DNA of 64,000 bases from Polyangiaceae bacterium. Lineage in GTDB: Bacteria; Myxococcota_A; Polyangia; Polyangiales; Polyangiaceae. The translations under genes and the position numbers were made by a program. Shown here piece after piece: positions 54,138-64,000 of the stretch; the stretch's first letter is position 1; each line of letters starts with the position of its first letter. The notes beneath the pieces were generated by a model that saw nothing but the letters and a program-made list of their open reading frames with translations, ran no database searches and had not been told where the DNA came from. The DNA lies in the NCBI GenBank assembly GCA_050287085.1, contig JBNKBE010000009.1:1-64000 (forward strand), read 5' to 3'.

Positions 54138-57100
54138 CTAGGGAACGATATCCGAGGACAATGCGCCGATCAGAAACGGGCGAATCGACTTGGCATCGAT
54201 GATGCCCTCCAGGGATCCCACACGCTGCGCCCGGTCTACGCTGTGAATCGCGTCGAACTCGGCAGCCAACTCGGCCTGCTTCTCGAGACGCACGTCTTCG
54301 GTGAGCTTTTCCAGCGCGTCGCGTCCACGCTGCGTGGGACGCGCCATCCATTGCTGTCGCGCGGCGATCACTCGCTCATCCCTCGCAACGCGGTCGCTCA
54401 CCTCTCGCGGGAACACAACCGCAGCCGCGGGTCCACCGCCGATAACGGACGCGTAGGACCCTTCAACCGCAAATGCTCGAAGCCCCGAATTGAGTTCGCG
54501 AGAAAAGACGACATACGCCCCGCCGTGGTAGCGCGACACCACCAAAAACACGAGCGGACCCTCGAAGTTGACCACGGCGCGGGCGATCTCCGCGCCATAC
54601 TCCAACTGTAGCTTCCGCATCGACTCGGGCGAGCCATCAAAACCCGATAGATTGGCCAGCACTACGGCAGGACGGTTGCCGCTACAGGCGTTCAGAGCAC
54701 GCGCCACCTTCTTCGACGAAGTTGGAAACAGCGTTCCTCCGTTCCACTCGGCGGGACCGTCCATCGGACGATATCCCCAGCGCGCAACATTCTGACTTTC
54801 GATGCCGATCAGACTGACGGCATGACCCCCCAGATGGCTGTCCCAAACGATGGCGGTCTCGCCCCCGGTCTGAGCCGGCCACCGCTCCAAGTAGGGGCTG
54901 TCAGCATCAGCCACGGCGCGCATGAGGGCACGCATCGAGAAGGGCCGCTTTCGTCCCGGATTTGCCTCCAGATCGAAGATCTCCCCAATGGTGCCAAACT
55001 CGGACCCCGCCTCGTAGGAACTGAGCAACACATCCCGCGCCGGGTTATCGGTCGTCGCAAACGGACGGGGTCGGCTTTCGCCTGGTACAACGTAGGTGAA
55101 GTCGTAGTGCTGGTAGAGGATGCGATAGGCCTCGCCAAGGTCTTCCGCGTAGTACTGGGCCTGCCCGTTGGGCCCCATGACGCGCTCGTAGCCGCCGATC
55201 GCGAGCTCATCTTCAGCCGACACCGAGCCGCTTGCGGCAAGCGCGGCGCGCCCCGTCAACACCATCGACCCCCGCGGCGTCATGATTAGGATTCCGCGCG
55301 TATGACCCAGCATCGTCGCGAGCGAATCCCAATAGCTCTGGGCGCCAACATTGACGCCCGCTACGATGATATGAATAGCGCCACGGTTTTGGGTGAAGGT
55401 TACAATTCTCCGGACGACGCGCGCTGTGGCGTCCAGATTCTCCGTGCCGCTATCCATCGCAATTCGTGCGCCGCTGGACACGGGTAGCCATTCAACCGGC
55501 ACTCCCAATCTTTCGGCCAGGTCGATGGCTGCCATGACGCGATCGCATTCCGCCGCCGCAAGCGCCCCCATGCCCCGCGTCGGATCCGAGAGCAACAGCA
55601 CGCGCTTCATTCCCTCGGGGACCTTCGCCGTCTGCGTCGTGATCACCCCGAAGACCACAGAACTCACGTTCTGCCCTGGTGGGCGCCCAGCCACGCTGAC
55701 AGCCTCACCACTGCTCGGGTCGAGATCGTATTCCTCGAATCGTCCCGGGGGGAGATTCGAAGTTTGCGCCACGCCCACATGCTCAGGCGTCACTTCGGGT
55801 GCCAGCATGCTGATGATCTCATAGGGGTAGAGCAGCCCCCGGCGCCGGGCCGCAACCACGCTTCTTTGGTAGGCTTCTACCGGCACCAGCGGCTGCCGAT
55901 GCGGAGATCGGCGCTGAATCTCGACGCGACTCCCCGTGGTATCGGTGATCACAAATTCCGTGGGCAGAACGCCGTCGGGCGTGACCAATGGCAATTGAAC
56001 GCTGACGCGTTCGAGGCCCAAGTGACGCGTTGCCGGATACAACGTTTGCGCCATCTTCTCCTCGAGGCCCTCATCGAGTTCGAGCGCTTGAGCAATGAAG
56101 AGCCCAAGGCGATTCCATTGCAGTCGCCTGCGCGGATCTCTGAGCCCCAGATATAGGCGCATGGTCTGGGCCGCTTCGTGAAACACTCTCTCGAAGGCTG
56201 GCAGATATGCAGAAGCGCTCGAAACCCCTGGCATCAGGGGGTCCCGCACCTCGGCGAGCACGAAAAGTCGCTCGTCGTCGGGAACGGCTCGCGCTTTGCC
56301 ATGAAAGCAATAGACCCCTTCCGGAGCGGGGAGACGTTCAAGAGTAAAACTCTCATAGCGCCCGAGATCGACACGCTCCGCCGCCTCCGGATGCATCTCG
56401 TAGAGCGCAAGCGGTCGCACTTCGCCATCGACCCGATGATAGGAGTAGTGAGTCAGCCCCTTCTCGCTGTCGACTAGCGTCACGGTAAGGCGTCCCGCTC
56501 GCAACGCTTGAGCCCCCGTCTCGATCTCCGAGAGCAACTCTGATGCGTCTCGCTCACCTGAAAGCGGCACAAACACTTCACTGGCGAACGAATCGGCGCG
56601 ACAGCTCCCCAGGAACCCGCTCAGGTCACGAGCAAGCTTGGACGCCCCGAGCACGGCGGCACATACGGTTCCGAGCCCGTCAAAGACCAATTGCTCGGCA
56701 TCTGCCCCCCCAATAGGGGTTGCTGACGGAACGCGCGGCCCGTATAGCCGGCGAAGCGTCGTACTGAGCGCTATCGCGCGGCGTCGTGGGTCGGACGCCG
56801 AAAACCACTGGTATATGCGCGCAAACCAGCGGTTCGGTGCCTGCGCGAGCTCCGCCACGCTCGGCGCGGTGCGCAAGTCAGCGTGTTCGTCGAGCAACCA
56901 CTCTTCGAGCTTCTGCTGAGTACGAGCCGCCGCAGCGTCCAGCAGCGGGCGCTGAAAGACGACATAGCTCGCCTCGACGCACGCGTCGGCCAAGGAATGT
57001 GGTACGTGGCCGCGCAACGAGATCAGGCCCTGCAACGTGGCCTTGAGCTCACTGTCACCGGACAAATCAACGCGACGACTGAGCGCCACGACGCGGCGCA

Positions 57101-59690
57101 CAATCGCTCGAATGAGCGAGAAGCGGTGTTCCGGCTCCAGCTGCGAAGCAAACATTCGAACAACCGCACGTTCCATGGCTGGAGAGTAGTTGAGCGCCAC
57201 GACACCGTCGTAGTGCGCTACGGCAAGTTTTAGAACGTCGAGGAAGCGCTCTGGCAATCCGCTTCCGTTGGCGCGCAGGCGCCGCACGAACAGGCGCATC
57301 AACGCGTTGTTGCTCAACTGATCGAGCTCACCTGAGCCCAGCCGGTGCCGAGTCGAGCGGGTAAACGGCCTTTCGATGTCGAGAAAGACACCGAGCTGAG
57401 CGCGCACGCTGGCGAGCTCTCCGCAGACTTCATCGCTTAGCTCCTCCGGGAGATCAGCTTCCAGCAATGACGTCAAGCGCTTGATTCGAGGCTCAAAGAT
57501 ATCGTAACCCAGAATGCAGCGACGCACTTCTTCGACGACCAACGCCTGAGTCCGCCGGCGCTCAGCCGGCTCCAGCGCGGCAAAGCTCTCCACGTCCGGA
57601 AGGTCATCTGCGCCAAAGAAGAGTTCCAATCGGTCCTCGACCTCGGGCAGCACTAGCTGACTTACGACGCTGTCTTGAGACGGTTCTTCCTCCGAGCTCG
57701 GATCGATGTTGAGGATGATTTCACCGGCCGCGACCTGCTGCCCTTTCCGAACCCGAATCTCGGTAACCACGCCCCCAATCGGCGCATCAAAGCCGATTTC
57801 CATCTTCATGGCCTCGAGCAATCCCAAGGACTGCCCGGCCTGAACCTTCTGTCCCACGCTGACGTGAAGCGCCACGACCATCGACGGCGCCTTGGCCCGG
57901 ACTTGCCCCGCCATTTGGCGCCCGAATTGATGCACCGTGCCTTCAACCTCGATGCGAATGCTCGCCTCGGTTACATCGTATAGCGCCCGCAGGTCGTGCT
58001 CCCCGAACTTCAGGCGCACCGCATGGGCGCCCGAGACGGCGAGCTGAACGGCGGCAATGCGCCCGCCAAGATGAACGCGAAAGCGATCAGCGCCAGAGGC
58101 GTAAACCGCCACTCGATAGGGCTTGTTGAGGTAGGTGAGGTCGAATTCCAGTCCCCCACTCTTTGGCGTCTTGTCTTGCGTTATGCTACCCGCGTCAGCA
58201 AAGAAGCTGTCGAGCAATGCCCTTCGGGCCGCTCGAAACGATAGGATGGCGGCGAGCATCAGCGCCTCAGCCGCATACTCTCGCGTCGGCTTGCGTCCTT
58301 CGTTGTAGCGATCGAGCCAAGTGGTGTTTACGTTGCCCTGACGGTAGTCCTGAGCTTCGAGCAATTCGAGCAGGTATCCCTTATTGGTCGCACCACCCTC
58401 GATCACGAGATCAAAGTCCCGCAGCGCCCCCACCAGGCGGGCACGCGCCTCCTCACGCGTGTCGCCAGTAGCGATAACCTTGGCGATCAGAGAGTCGAAG
58501 TCCGCCGGCACAGTCGACCCGACGGCCACGCCGGTGTCGATCCGCAGCCGCGGCCCAAGCGCTGGGTCGAAACGACCGATGCGCCCTGGAGCCGGCAAGA
58601 AGCCAGCGTCGGGGTCCTCAGCGCAGACGCGTGCTTCGATCGAAAACCCCCGCTCTCGGAACTCGAGGGCAGGCAGATGCTCGCCTCGCGCCACGCGAAT
58701 CTGCAGCTGCACCAGGTCGCTGCTGGTGATTTCTTCGGTGATGCCGTGTTCAACCTGAAGCCGGGGATTCATCTCGAGAAAGAAGAAATCCGGACCATCA
58801 ACGAGAAACTCCACCGTGCCGGCGCCCGAGTAGCCCACTTCGCGAGCAAGCGCGACGGCGGACTCCTTCAGGGCTTGAAACATGAGCGGTGGCAATCCGC
58901 TCGGCGGCGCTTCCTCGAGGACCTTCTGGTGCCGACGCTGTACCGAGCAATCACGACACCCGAGCGCCACGACGTTCCCGTGGGTGTCGGCGATGATCTG
59001 CACCTCGATGTGCCGTCCTCCTTGCACCATCGCTTCGACGAACATGCGACCGTCGCCAAACGCCGAAATGGCTTCGGACTGAGCCGACGTGAAGTTCGCT
59101 TCGAAGTCCTTCTCGGCACGCACCACGCGGATGCCGCGACCTCCGCCGCCCGCCGAGGCCTTGATCACAACCGGAAAGCCAATGCGCTTGGCGTGCGCGA
59201 GCGCATCGGCGCAACCGTCCACCTCGCCGCCGCTCCATTCTGTAACCGGAACGTCGACGCGCTCAGCCAGCAGCTTCGAAGCAATCTTGTCCCCCAGCGC
59301 TCGCATGGTACCCGCCTTGGGTCCCAGAAAGCGGATCCCCGCAGCCTCGAGCTTGTCGACAAAGGTCGGCGACTCAGCCACGAACCCCCAGCCCGGCCAC
59401 ACCGCATCCGCCCCGACATCCCGCAGCGCGGCCAGCAGCAAGTCATGGTCGAGATAGGCGCCGACCGGAGTGGTGCGCACCACGAGCTCCCGCGCAACGT
59501 CTGCGTGCCGGACGAAAGGCGCATCCTTGTCCACGGGCGTATACAGCGCGACGACACGGATTTCGGCTCCTTCAAGCGCTCGAAGCGACTTGACGGCACG
59601 AATGCAACGCATGGCGGCTTCCCCGCGATTGACGATCGCCAAACACCGGATCGGGCGGAGCTCGCTCGAGACACTCTCTTCGCTGGTCAT
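54138..59690 (-). CDS. Single-chain biotin-dependent acyl-CoA carboxylase (BC-BCCP-central-CT), 1850 aa
   Basis: NRGEAA, PGWGF, GGGGRG, RDCSVQRRHQK, EMNPRLQVEH; biotin motif EAMKM; SSGARI; ANLSGFDGS; SD GAGGAG. Confidence 0.95.
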   Translation of the reverse strand: MTSEESVSSELRPIRCLAIVNRGEAAMRCIRAVKSLRALEGAEIRVVALYTPVDKDAPFVRHADVARELVVRTTPVGAYLDHDLLLAALRDVGADAVWPGWGFVAESPTFVDKLEAAGIRFLGPKAGTMRALGDKIASKLLAERVDVPVTEWSGGEVDGCADALAHAKRIGFPVVIKASAGGGGRGIRVVRAEKDFEANFTSAQSEAISAFGDGRMFVEAMVQGGRHIEVQIIADTHGNVVALGCRDCSVQRRHQKVLEEAPPSGLPPLMFQALKESAVALAREVGYSGAGTVEFLVDGPDFFFLEMNPRLQVEHGITEEITSSDLVQLQIRVARGEHLPALEFRERGFSIEARVCAEDPDAGFLPAPGRIGRFDPALGPRLRIDTGVAVGSTVPADFDSLIAKVIATGDTREEARARLVGALRDFDLVIEGGATNKGYLLELLEAQDYRQGNVNTTWLDRYNEGRKPTREYAAEALMLAAILSFRAARRALLDSFFADAGSITQDKTPKSGGLEFDLTYLNKPYRVAVYASGADRFRVHLGGRIAAVQLAVSGAHAVRLKFGEHDLRALYDVTEASIRIEVEGTVHQFGRQMAGQVRAKAPSMVVALHVSVGQKVQAGQSLGLLEAMKMEIGFDAPIGGVVTEIRVRKGQQVAAGEIILNIDPSSEEEPSQDSVVSQLVLPEVEDRLELFFGADDLPDVESFAALEPAERRRTQALVVEEVRRCILGYDIFEPRIKRLTSLLEADLPEELSDEVCGELASVRAQLGVFLDIERPFTRSTRHRLGSGELDQLSNNALMRLFVRRLRANGSGLPERFLDVLKLAVAHYDGVVALNYSPAMERAVVRMFASQLEPEHRFSLIRAIVRRVVALSRRVDLSGDSELKATLQGLISLRGHVPHSLADACVEASYVVFQRPLLDAAAARTQQKLEEWLLDEHADLRTAPSVAELAQAPNRWFARIYQWFSASDPRRRAIALSTTLRRLYGPRVPSATPIGGADAEQLVFDGLGTVCAAVLGASKLARDLSGFLGSCRADSFASEVFVPLSGERDASELLSEIETGAQALRAGRLTVTLVDSEKGLTHYSYHRVDGEVRPLALYEMHPEAAERVDLGRYESFTLERLPAPEGVYCFHGKARAVPDDERLFVLAEVRDPLMPGVSSASAYLPAFERVFHEAAQTMRLYLGLRDPRRRLQWNRLGLFIAQALELDEGLEEKMAQTLYPATRHLGLERVSVQLPLVTPDGVLPTEFVITDTTGSRVEIQRRSPHRQPLVPVEAYQRSVVAARRRGLLYPYEIISMLAPEVTPEHVGVAQTSNLPPGRFEEYDLDPSSGEAVSVAGRPPGQNVSSVVFGVITTQTAKVPEGMKRVLLLSDPTRGMGALAAAECDRVMAAIDLAERLGVPVEWLPVSSGARIAMDSGTENLDATARVVRRIVTFTQNRGAIHIIVAGVNVGAQSYWDSLATMLGHTRGILIMTPRGSMVLTGRAALAASGSVSAEDELAIGGYERVMGPNGQAQYYAEDLGEAYRILYQHYDFTYVVPGESRPRPFATTDNPARDVLLSSYEAGSEFGTIGEIFDLEANPGRKRPFSMRALMRAVADADSPYLERWPAQTGGETAIVWDSHLGGHAVSLIGIESQNVARWGYRPMDGPAEWNGGTLFPTSSKKVARALNACSGNRPAVVLANLSGFDGSPESMRKLQLEYGAEIARAVVNFEGPLVFLVVSRYHGGAYVVFSRELNSGLRAFAVEGSYASVIGGGPAAAVVFPREVSDRVARDERVIAARQQWMARPTQRGRDALEKLTEDVRLEKQAELAAEFDAIHSVDRAQRVGSLEGIIDAKSIRPFLIGALSSDIVP

Positions 59691-59844
59691 GAGGGGTCTC
59701 CTCTACAACTGCAGCTGCGGCCTGACCACACCAGAAATGGCGGAAAGGCCATGAAAAAATCGTCGGTTCGGTGCAACGGCGATGGCGCGCTGCGTCATCC
59801 CGACCTGGCACGGTGCGCCCCGTTTCGGCCTCAACGGAAGGCCG

Positions 59845-60534
59845 CTAGACCTCCGGGGAACCGACAAAACGATAGCCAACGCCACGCACTGTCTCGATGT
59901 AGCGGCGGGCGCTCCGAAGCTTCTCGCGCAGTCGCTTGACGTGAGTATCGACCGTTCGGGTCGTCACATCGGCGGTCACGCCCCAGACGGAGTCCAGGAG
60001 TGCGCTGCGCGACTGCACCCGGTCGCGCCGCTCATACAAGAGCGTCAGCAGCTTGAACTCCAAAGCCGAGAGCTCGACCTCTTCCCCCGCGACCCAAGCG
60101 CGATGAGCGTCCGGATCGACGCGCAGCTCGCCAAAAACGAACTCAGCGCCCTCTGCTCGCGCGCCCGAGTGGCGCCTCAGCACCAAGGAGACGCGCAGCA
60201 TCAGCTCCCGAACGCTAAAAGGCTTGGTGACATAGTCGTCCGCACCCATCTCCAAGCCGGCCACACGATCACGCTCCTCACCGCGGGCCGTGAGCATGAT
60301 GATGGGCACCGATTGCGTCTTCGCGTTGGCGCGCAACGCCCGACAGACTTCCGTCCCCAGAATGTCCGGAAGCATAAGATCAAGCAAAACGAGGTCTGGC
60401 ACCTGCTCTGCAGCCAATCGGATCGCTTCGCTCCCAGAGCCCGCCAGAACGGCGCTATGCCCCGCCTGCTCCAAGTTGAACATCAGGACCTGGCGTAGAT
60501 CCGGCTCATCTTCAACCACCAGTACCGAAGCCAT
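59845..60534 (-). CDS. OmpR/PhoB-family response regulator
   Basis: VLVVEDE, LLDLMLP, MLTARGEE, GADDYVTKPFS, RTVDTHVKRLREKL, ETVRGVGY; no cognate kinase in the window. Confidence 0.95.
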   Translation of the reverse strand: MASVLVVEDEPDLRQVLMFNLEQAGHSAVLAGSGSEAIRLAAEQVPDLVLLDLMLPDILGTEVCRALRANAKTQSVPIIMLTARGEERDRVAGLEMGADDYVTKPFSVRELMLRVSLVLRRHSGARAEGAEFVFGELRVDPDAHRAWVAGEEVELSALEFKLLTLLYERRDRVQSRSALLDSVWGVTADVTTRTVDTHVKRLREKLRSARRYIETVRGVGYRFVGSPEV

Positions 60535-60554
60535 TGCGCCGATTCTGTCACAGT

Positions 60555-60672
60555 ATCCTCCGCGCCCGAGTACAAAACCGCGCTTGAACCAGGCGCACGG
60601 TCGACCGTACCAAATCCTCCGCGCCCGAGTACAAAACCGCGCTTGAACCAGGCGCACGGTCGACCGTACCAA
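60555..60672. repeat. Perfect 59-bp tandem duplication
   Basis: ATCCTCCGCGCCCGAG...GACCGTACCAA at 60555-60613 and 60614-60672. Confidence 0.95.
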
Positions 60673-60706
60673 GCTGGTTGATCCCGCCAGCGCGGCGCAA
60701 ACCGCT

Positions 60707-61408
60707 ATGCTCCGCCACGTGCATCCCGTCGTGCTCGCCCCTGGCCAACGCACCCCCTTCCCGGATCCCACTCGCTACGACGATGAAGGTCTTGTCGCGG
60801 TGGGCGGGGACCTCTCTCCCGAGCGCTTGATGGCCGCCTATCGCGCCGGGATCTTTCCCTGGTACAGCGACGGACACCCTCCGCTCTGGTGGTGTCCCAA
60901 CCCGCGCGCCGTCATCGACCCCAGCGCAGTGCACGTAGCCCGCAGCATGCGCCGGAGACTCCGAGATCGCACCCTGAGGATCACGTGGAACGCAGCATTT
61001 TCGCTTGTGGTCTCCGAATGTGCGTCGGAGCGGGACGATGGGACGTGGATTCTTCCCGAAGTGATGGCGGCCTACACGCAACTACACAAGCTGGGGCACG
61101 CGCATTCGATCGAGGTGTGGCGGGGCGAGGCGCTGATCGGCGGCCTCTACGGCGTTGGGATTGGCGCCATTTTCGCGGCTGAAAGCATGTTTCACAGAGA
61201 ACGGGACGGCTCCAAGGTAGCCCTATTGTATGCGGCGGCCAGTCTCTACGGTGCAGGTGTTCAGCTCATAGACGTACAGTTTCTCACACCTCACCTGAGC
61301 TCGCTGGGAGCCCATGAGATCGAACGCTCCGTCTACCTGCGTCGGTTGGCTGCGAGCAAAAACACGAATATTTCGCTCTTCGACATAGACCTCTTGGCCC
61401 CGGTATGA
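60707..61408 (+). CDS. aat: Leucyl/phenylalanyl-tRNA-protein transferase
   Basis: GLVAVGGDLSPERLMAAYRAGIFPW, WWCPNPR, GHAHSIEVW, GGLYGV, ESMF; true start may be GTG 60719. Confidence 0.96.
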   Translation: MLRHVHPVVLAPGQRTPFPDPTRYDDEGLVAVGGDLSPERLMAAYRAGIFPWYSDGHPPLWWCPNPRAVIDPSAVHVARSMRRRLRDRTLRITWNAAFSLVVSECASERDDGTWILPEVMAAYTQLHKLGHAHSIEVWRGEALIGGLYGVGIGAIFAAESMFHRERDGSKVALLYAAASLYGAGVQLIDVQFLTPHLSSLGAHEIERSVYLRRLAASKNTNISLFDIDLLAPV

Positions 61409-61503
61409 CATGACAGCAAAAAGGAAGGCATTGTTCCTCTAGAGCTGCAATCATCCAGCCAATCCGTGCTGCGGCTTCGACTTGGCTGGAAATCAGGACT
61501 CCG

Positions 61504-63447
61504 ATGAGCGCCCCCGAATCGCCCCCGCCCCTAGCTGATTATCAACGGCAAGCCCACGAGTTCATCAAGGCCGAACGGTGGAATGCGGCCTTGCAACTGC
61601 TCCGGCGAGCGATCGCACACTACCCAGACAGTGCGGACTTGTTCAGCGATCTAGCCGCTGCAGAACGTGCTTCGGGCAACTTGGATGCTGCGATCAAGTT
61701 CTCCCAGGAGGCGTTGAGGCTCGACCCCAAACTGGCCTTCGTCCACAACAACCTCGGCAGCGCGTTGGCCGAGAGAAACGACACGCGAGAAGCCATCGAT
61801 TGCTTTCATCGTGCCTTGGTCTTGCAGCCCCGTTATCCGGCTGCGATCAACAATCTGGCCGCGGCTTTGATCAAGGAGTCGCGCCTTGATGAGGCGCGTA
61901 AAATGCTGGAACGATTGTTCGCGATCACACGTGACCATGTCCCGGCGTTCGAAACCCTCGCCGCGCTGAATGAGCGCCAGGGCAATACCCAAGAAGCGCT
62001 CAAGCACTACAGCTCGCTCGCACAGCATCACCTCAAGGAGAACAAGCCGCTGGACGCATTGCGTGCCATGGACGCCTGCCAGCGCCTCGGACTGCGAACG
62101 GCTGGACTCCAAACCAACCGCAGTGCCGCGTTGCTCCAACTGGGCCGCCCTGCGGAAGCCAAGACGGCGGCCCAGCTGGCGCTGCAAATCGATCCCAACC
62201 ATGCCAACGCGCACGTGAACCTAGCGGCGTCATTCGTGGCCATGGGGGACAACCGTTCCGCTATCCCTTGCCTGAAGCGAGCCACCGACCTAGCCCCCAA
62301 CCTGGCGGCAGCTTTTGTACGGCTGGGAAACGCCTATGCAGAGTTGGGCGAGTTCTCAGAAGCTCGACGGGCGCAGGAACGAGCACTTGAGCTCGCTCCC
62401 GATGCCCCGCAAGCGTTGGTCGGCCTCGCCGCCGCCCTGAAGGCAGAGGGTCACGACGGCGAGGCCATGAATCTCTTTCGCAAGGCATTGGGCTTGGCCC
62501 CCAACTTTGCCGATGCGCACACTCGCTATGGCAACCTGCTGCTGCAGCACGGAGATGTCCGAGAGGGCTTCAAGGAAAGAGAGTGGCGACGCTTCGACCC
62601 GCCGCTGTCCAATCAGTTGATGCGTTATGCTGGCACGCCCTACGGCGGAGAGTCGCTGGAAGGCAAGCGGCTCGTCGTCTGTGCCGAAGGCGACGACAGC
62701 GCTGTAATCCAATTTGTGCGCTTCCTACCGGCCTTGAAGGCCGCGGGCGCGGAGATCACCCTCGACTGCTCGTTGTCGCTGTTTTCTTTGCTCCGCGGAC
62801 AATCGTTCATCGATCACCTGGTGTCATCAGCTGATACGGATGCTCCGGGTGACTTCTTCGTGCCGCTTCTCAGCCTCCCGTATTATGCAGAGTCGACGCT
62901 CGATACACTGCCGAGCAAGGTACCGTATCTCGAACTGCCCCAAACCCCGCACCTTCCGGCGGAACTCCAGGCAGGACAGCCCAAAATCGGGCTGATCTGG
63001 ACCCGCAATACGTCCAACGGAACCGATGCACGCAGCTCACTCACATTGGGTCAGCTCGACGTTCTTGGAACCCAAGGCGGCTGCACTTGGTACTCGCTAC
63101 AGGTCGGGGCAGGTAGAGAACAGATCACGACCGCTCCGAGGTTGATGCCTCAGGACTTGGCCCCCTACCTGGCCGATCTGGCCGACGCGGCCACCGTGTT
63201 GTCTCAGTTGGATCTGTTGATAACGGTCGACACAACTCTGGCGCACCTCGCGGGGGCATTGGGAGTTCCTACCTGGGTGCTCCTGCCGAAGAACGCATCG
63301 TGGACGTGGTTTCGAGGGCGGGAGGACAGTCCTTGGTATCCACACACGCGCCTATTTCGCCAGCAAGAGTCTGGCAACTGGGCACCCGTGATCGCCAATC
63401 TGTCTAGCGCCCTCGGCGACTGGCTGTCACAGCGCGCGGCACCGTAG
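61504..63447 (+). CDS. TPR-repeat protein with C-terminal GT9-like glycosyltransferase domain
   Basis: About 10 TPRs; EWR, LEGKRL, QFVRF, PLLSLP, LDLLITVDTTLAHLAGALGVPTW, SPWYP...RLFRQ. Confidence 0.9.
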   Translation: MSAPESPPPLADYQRQAHEFIKAERWNAALQLLRRAIAHYPDSADLFSDLAAAERASGNLDAAIKFSQEALRLDPKLAFVHNNLGSALAERNDTREAIDCFHRALVLQPRYPAAINNLAAALIKESRLDEARKMLERLFAITRDHVPAFETLAALNERQGNTQEALKHYSSLAQHHLKENKPLDALRAMDACQRLGLRTAGLQTNRSAALLQLGRPAEAKTAAQLALQIDPNHANAHVNLAASFVAMGDNRSAIPCLKRATDLAPNLAAAFVRLGNAYAELGEFSEARRAQERALELAPDAPQALVGLAAALKAEGHDGEAMNLFRKALGLAPNFADAHTRYGNLLLQHGDVREGFKEREWRRFDPPLSNQLMRYAGTPYGGESLEGKRLVVCAEGDDSAVIQFVRFLPALKAAGAEITLDCSLSLFSLLRGQSFIDHLVSSADTDAPGDFFVPLLSLPYYAESTLDTLPSKVPYLELPQTPHLPAELQAGQPKIGLIWTRNTSNGTDARSSLTLGQLDVLGTQGGCTWYSLQVGAGREQITTAPRLMPQDLAPYLADLADAATVLSQLDLLITVDTTLAHLAGALGVPTWVLLPKNASWTWFRGREDSPWYPHTRLFRQQESGNWAPVIANLSSALGDWLSQRAAP

Positions 63448-63460
63448 TCGCAAGCAATCA

Positions 63461-63545
63461 CAGCGCTGCCTCGTGCGCAGCGCTGCCTCGTGCGCAGCCC
63501 TGCCTCGTGCGCAGCCCTGCCTCGTGCGCAGCCCTGCCTCGTACA
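63461..63545. repeat. Tandem repeat, 17-bp unit CAGC(G/C)CTGCCTCGTGCG, 5 copies
   Basis: Units start at 63461, 63478, 63495, 63512 and 63529 (last ends GTACA). Confidence 0.93.
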
Positions 63546-63961
63546 CAGCGCAGTACTGCGACGGCGTTGGCCTACCCGCGCCCCGCCCCAAAACGCAACG
63601 GTGGCTCCGCCAATACGGAATGCTGTCCTGGGCGCCGACGCTCGTCAGGTGCTGACAACGACTATGTAGACACCGTGGCTCCAAAGTAGGCGTCTGCCTG
63701 GCCACGTTGTGAACGTGTCCAAGACGCGGCGCAATAGCCCGCGAGCCCGCGCCTATTGCACCGCGCCGGTCCGGGCCAAGACCTCAACCCGACACGCGCG
63801 CACACGCCCTCACCAACTTGGGTACCGAAGAATTTTCCGTTTAGGAGAAGGGAGCGGCAGACGTTCCGGTGTGCAGAACAAGCTGAAGGAGGCGCGCGTT
63901 GTGCCGACTACGGCGCAACACTCCCGAACACTCAACGCACGGACAAGGGGTTAACAGAAAA

Positions 63962-64000
63962 ATGATACGCACGAAGTACTTCAAGATTGGTAGCCTGGCG
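63962..64000 (+). CDS. Possible start of a CDS running off the window (MIRTKYFKIGSLA...)
   Basis: ATG at 63962 with purine-rich AAGGGG upstream; resembles a signal-peptide n-region. Confidence 0.35.
   Translation, partial: MIRTKYFKIGSLA

Noticed and set aside
60535..60771. N-terminal extension of the response regulator containing a repeated peptide
   Set aside because: It is the translated 59-bp duplication; the receiver domain begins at ATG 60534

Overview
GC-rich chromosomal window, most consistent with a myxobacterium of the Polyangiales/Sorangiineae type. This is inferred from a Ser/Thr kinase next to a TPR-PEGA gene, a Cys-rich repeat lipoprotein, a TSP3-OmpA protein, a MYXO-CTERM-like tail and a CarF-like desaturase. 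It holds about 48 CDSs and two tRNA-Ser genes (CGA, GGA); I found no integrase, transposase or CRISPR array. Housekeeping content: moaD, rpmG-rpmH-rnpA-yidD-yidC-jag (without dnaA or mnmE), lpoB-like, IclR-ilvE, a five-gene family-5 ABC importer, pspA, an RluA-family synthase, asd, rtcB, dCMP deaminase, a single-chain acyl-CoA carboxylase, a PhoB-like regulator and aat. Best leads: (1) a candidate trans-envelope signalling or display module (giant 8+8 Cys-repeat lipoprotein divergent from kinase, TPR-PEGA and a 65-aa lipoprotein); (2) a trypsin zymogen with four LDL-receptor class A repeats; (3) a recurrent -10 hexamer 6-7 nt before start codons lacking an SD, suggesting leaderless mRNAs; (4) an in-frame TAG followed by 58 coding-like codons in an orphan gene; (5) a degenerate UshA-like/tetraheme fusion heading a GT-C, DUF1207 and CarF-like cluster; (6) a CesT-PspA-secreted protein operon. 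All family calls come from motif recognition by eye; no searches were run.
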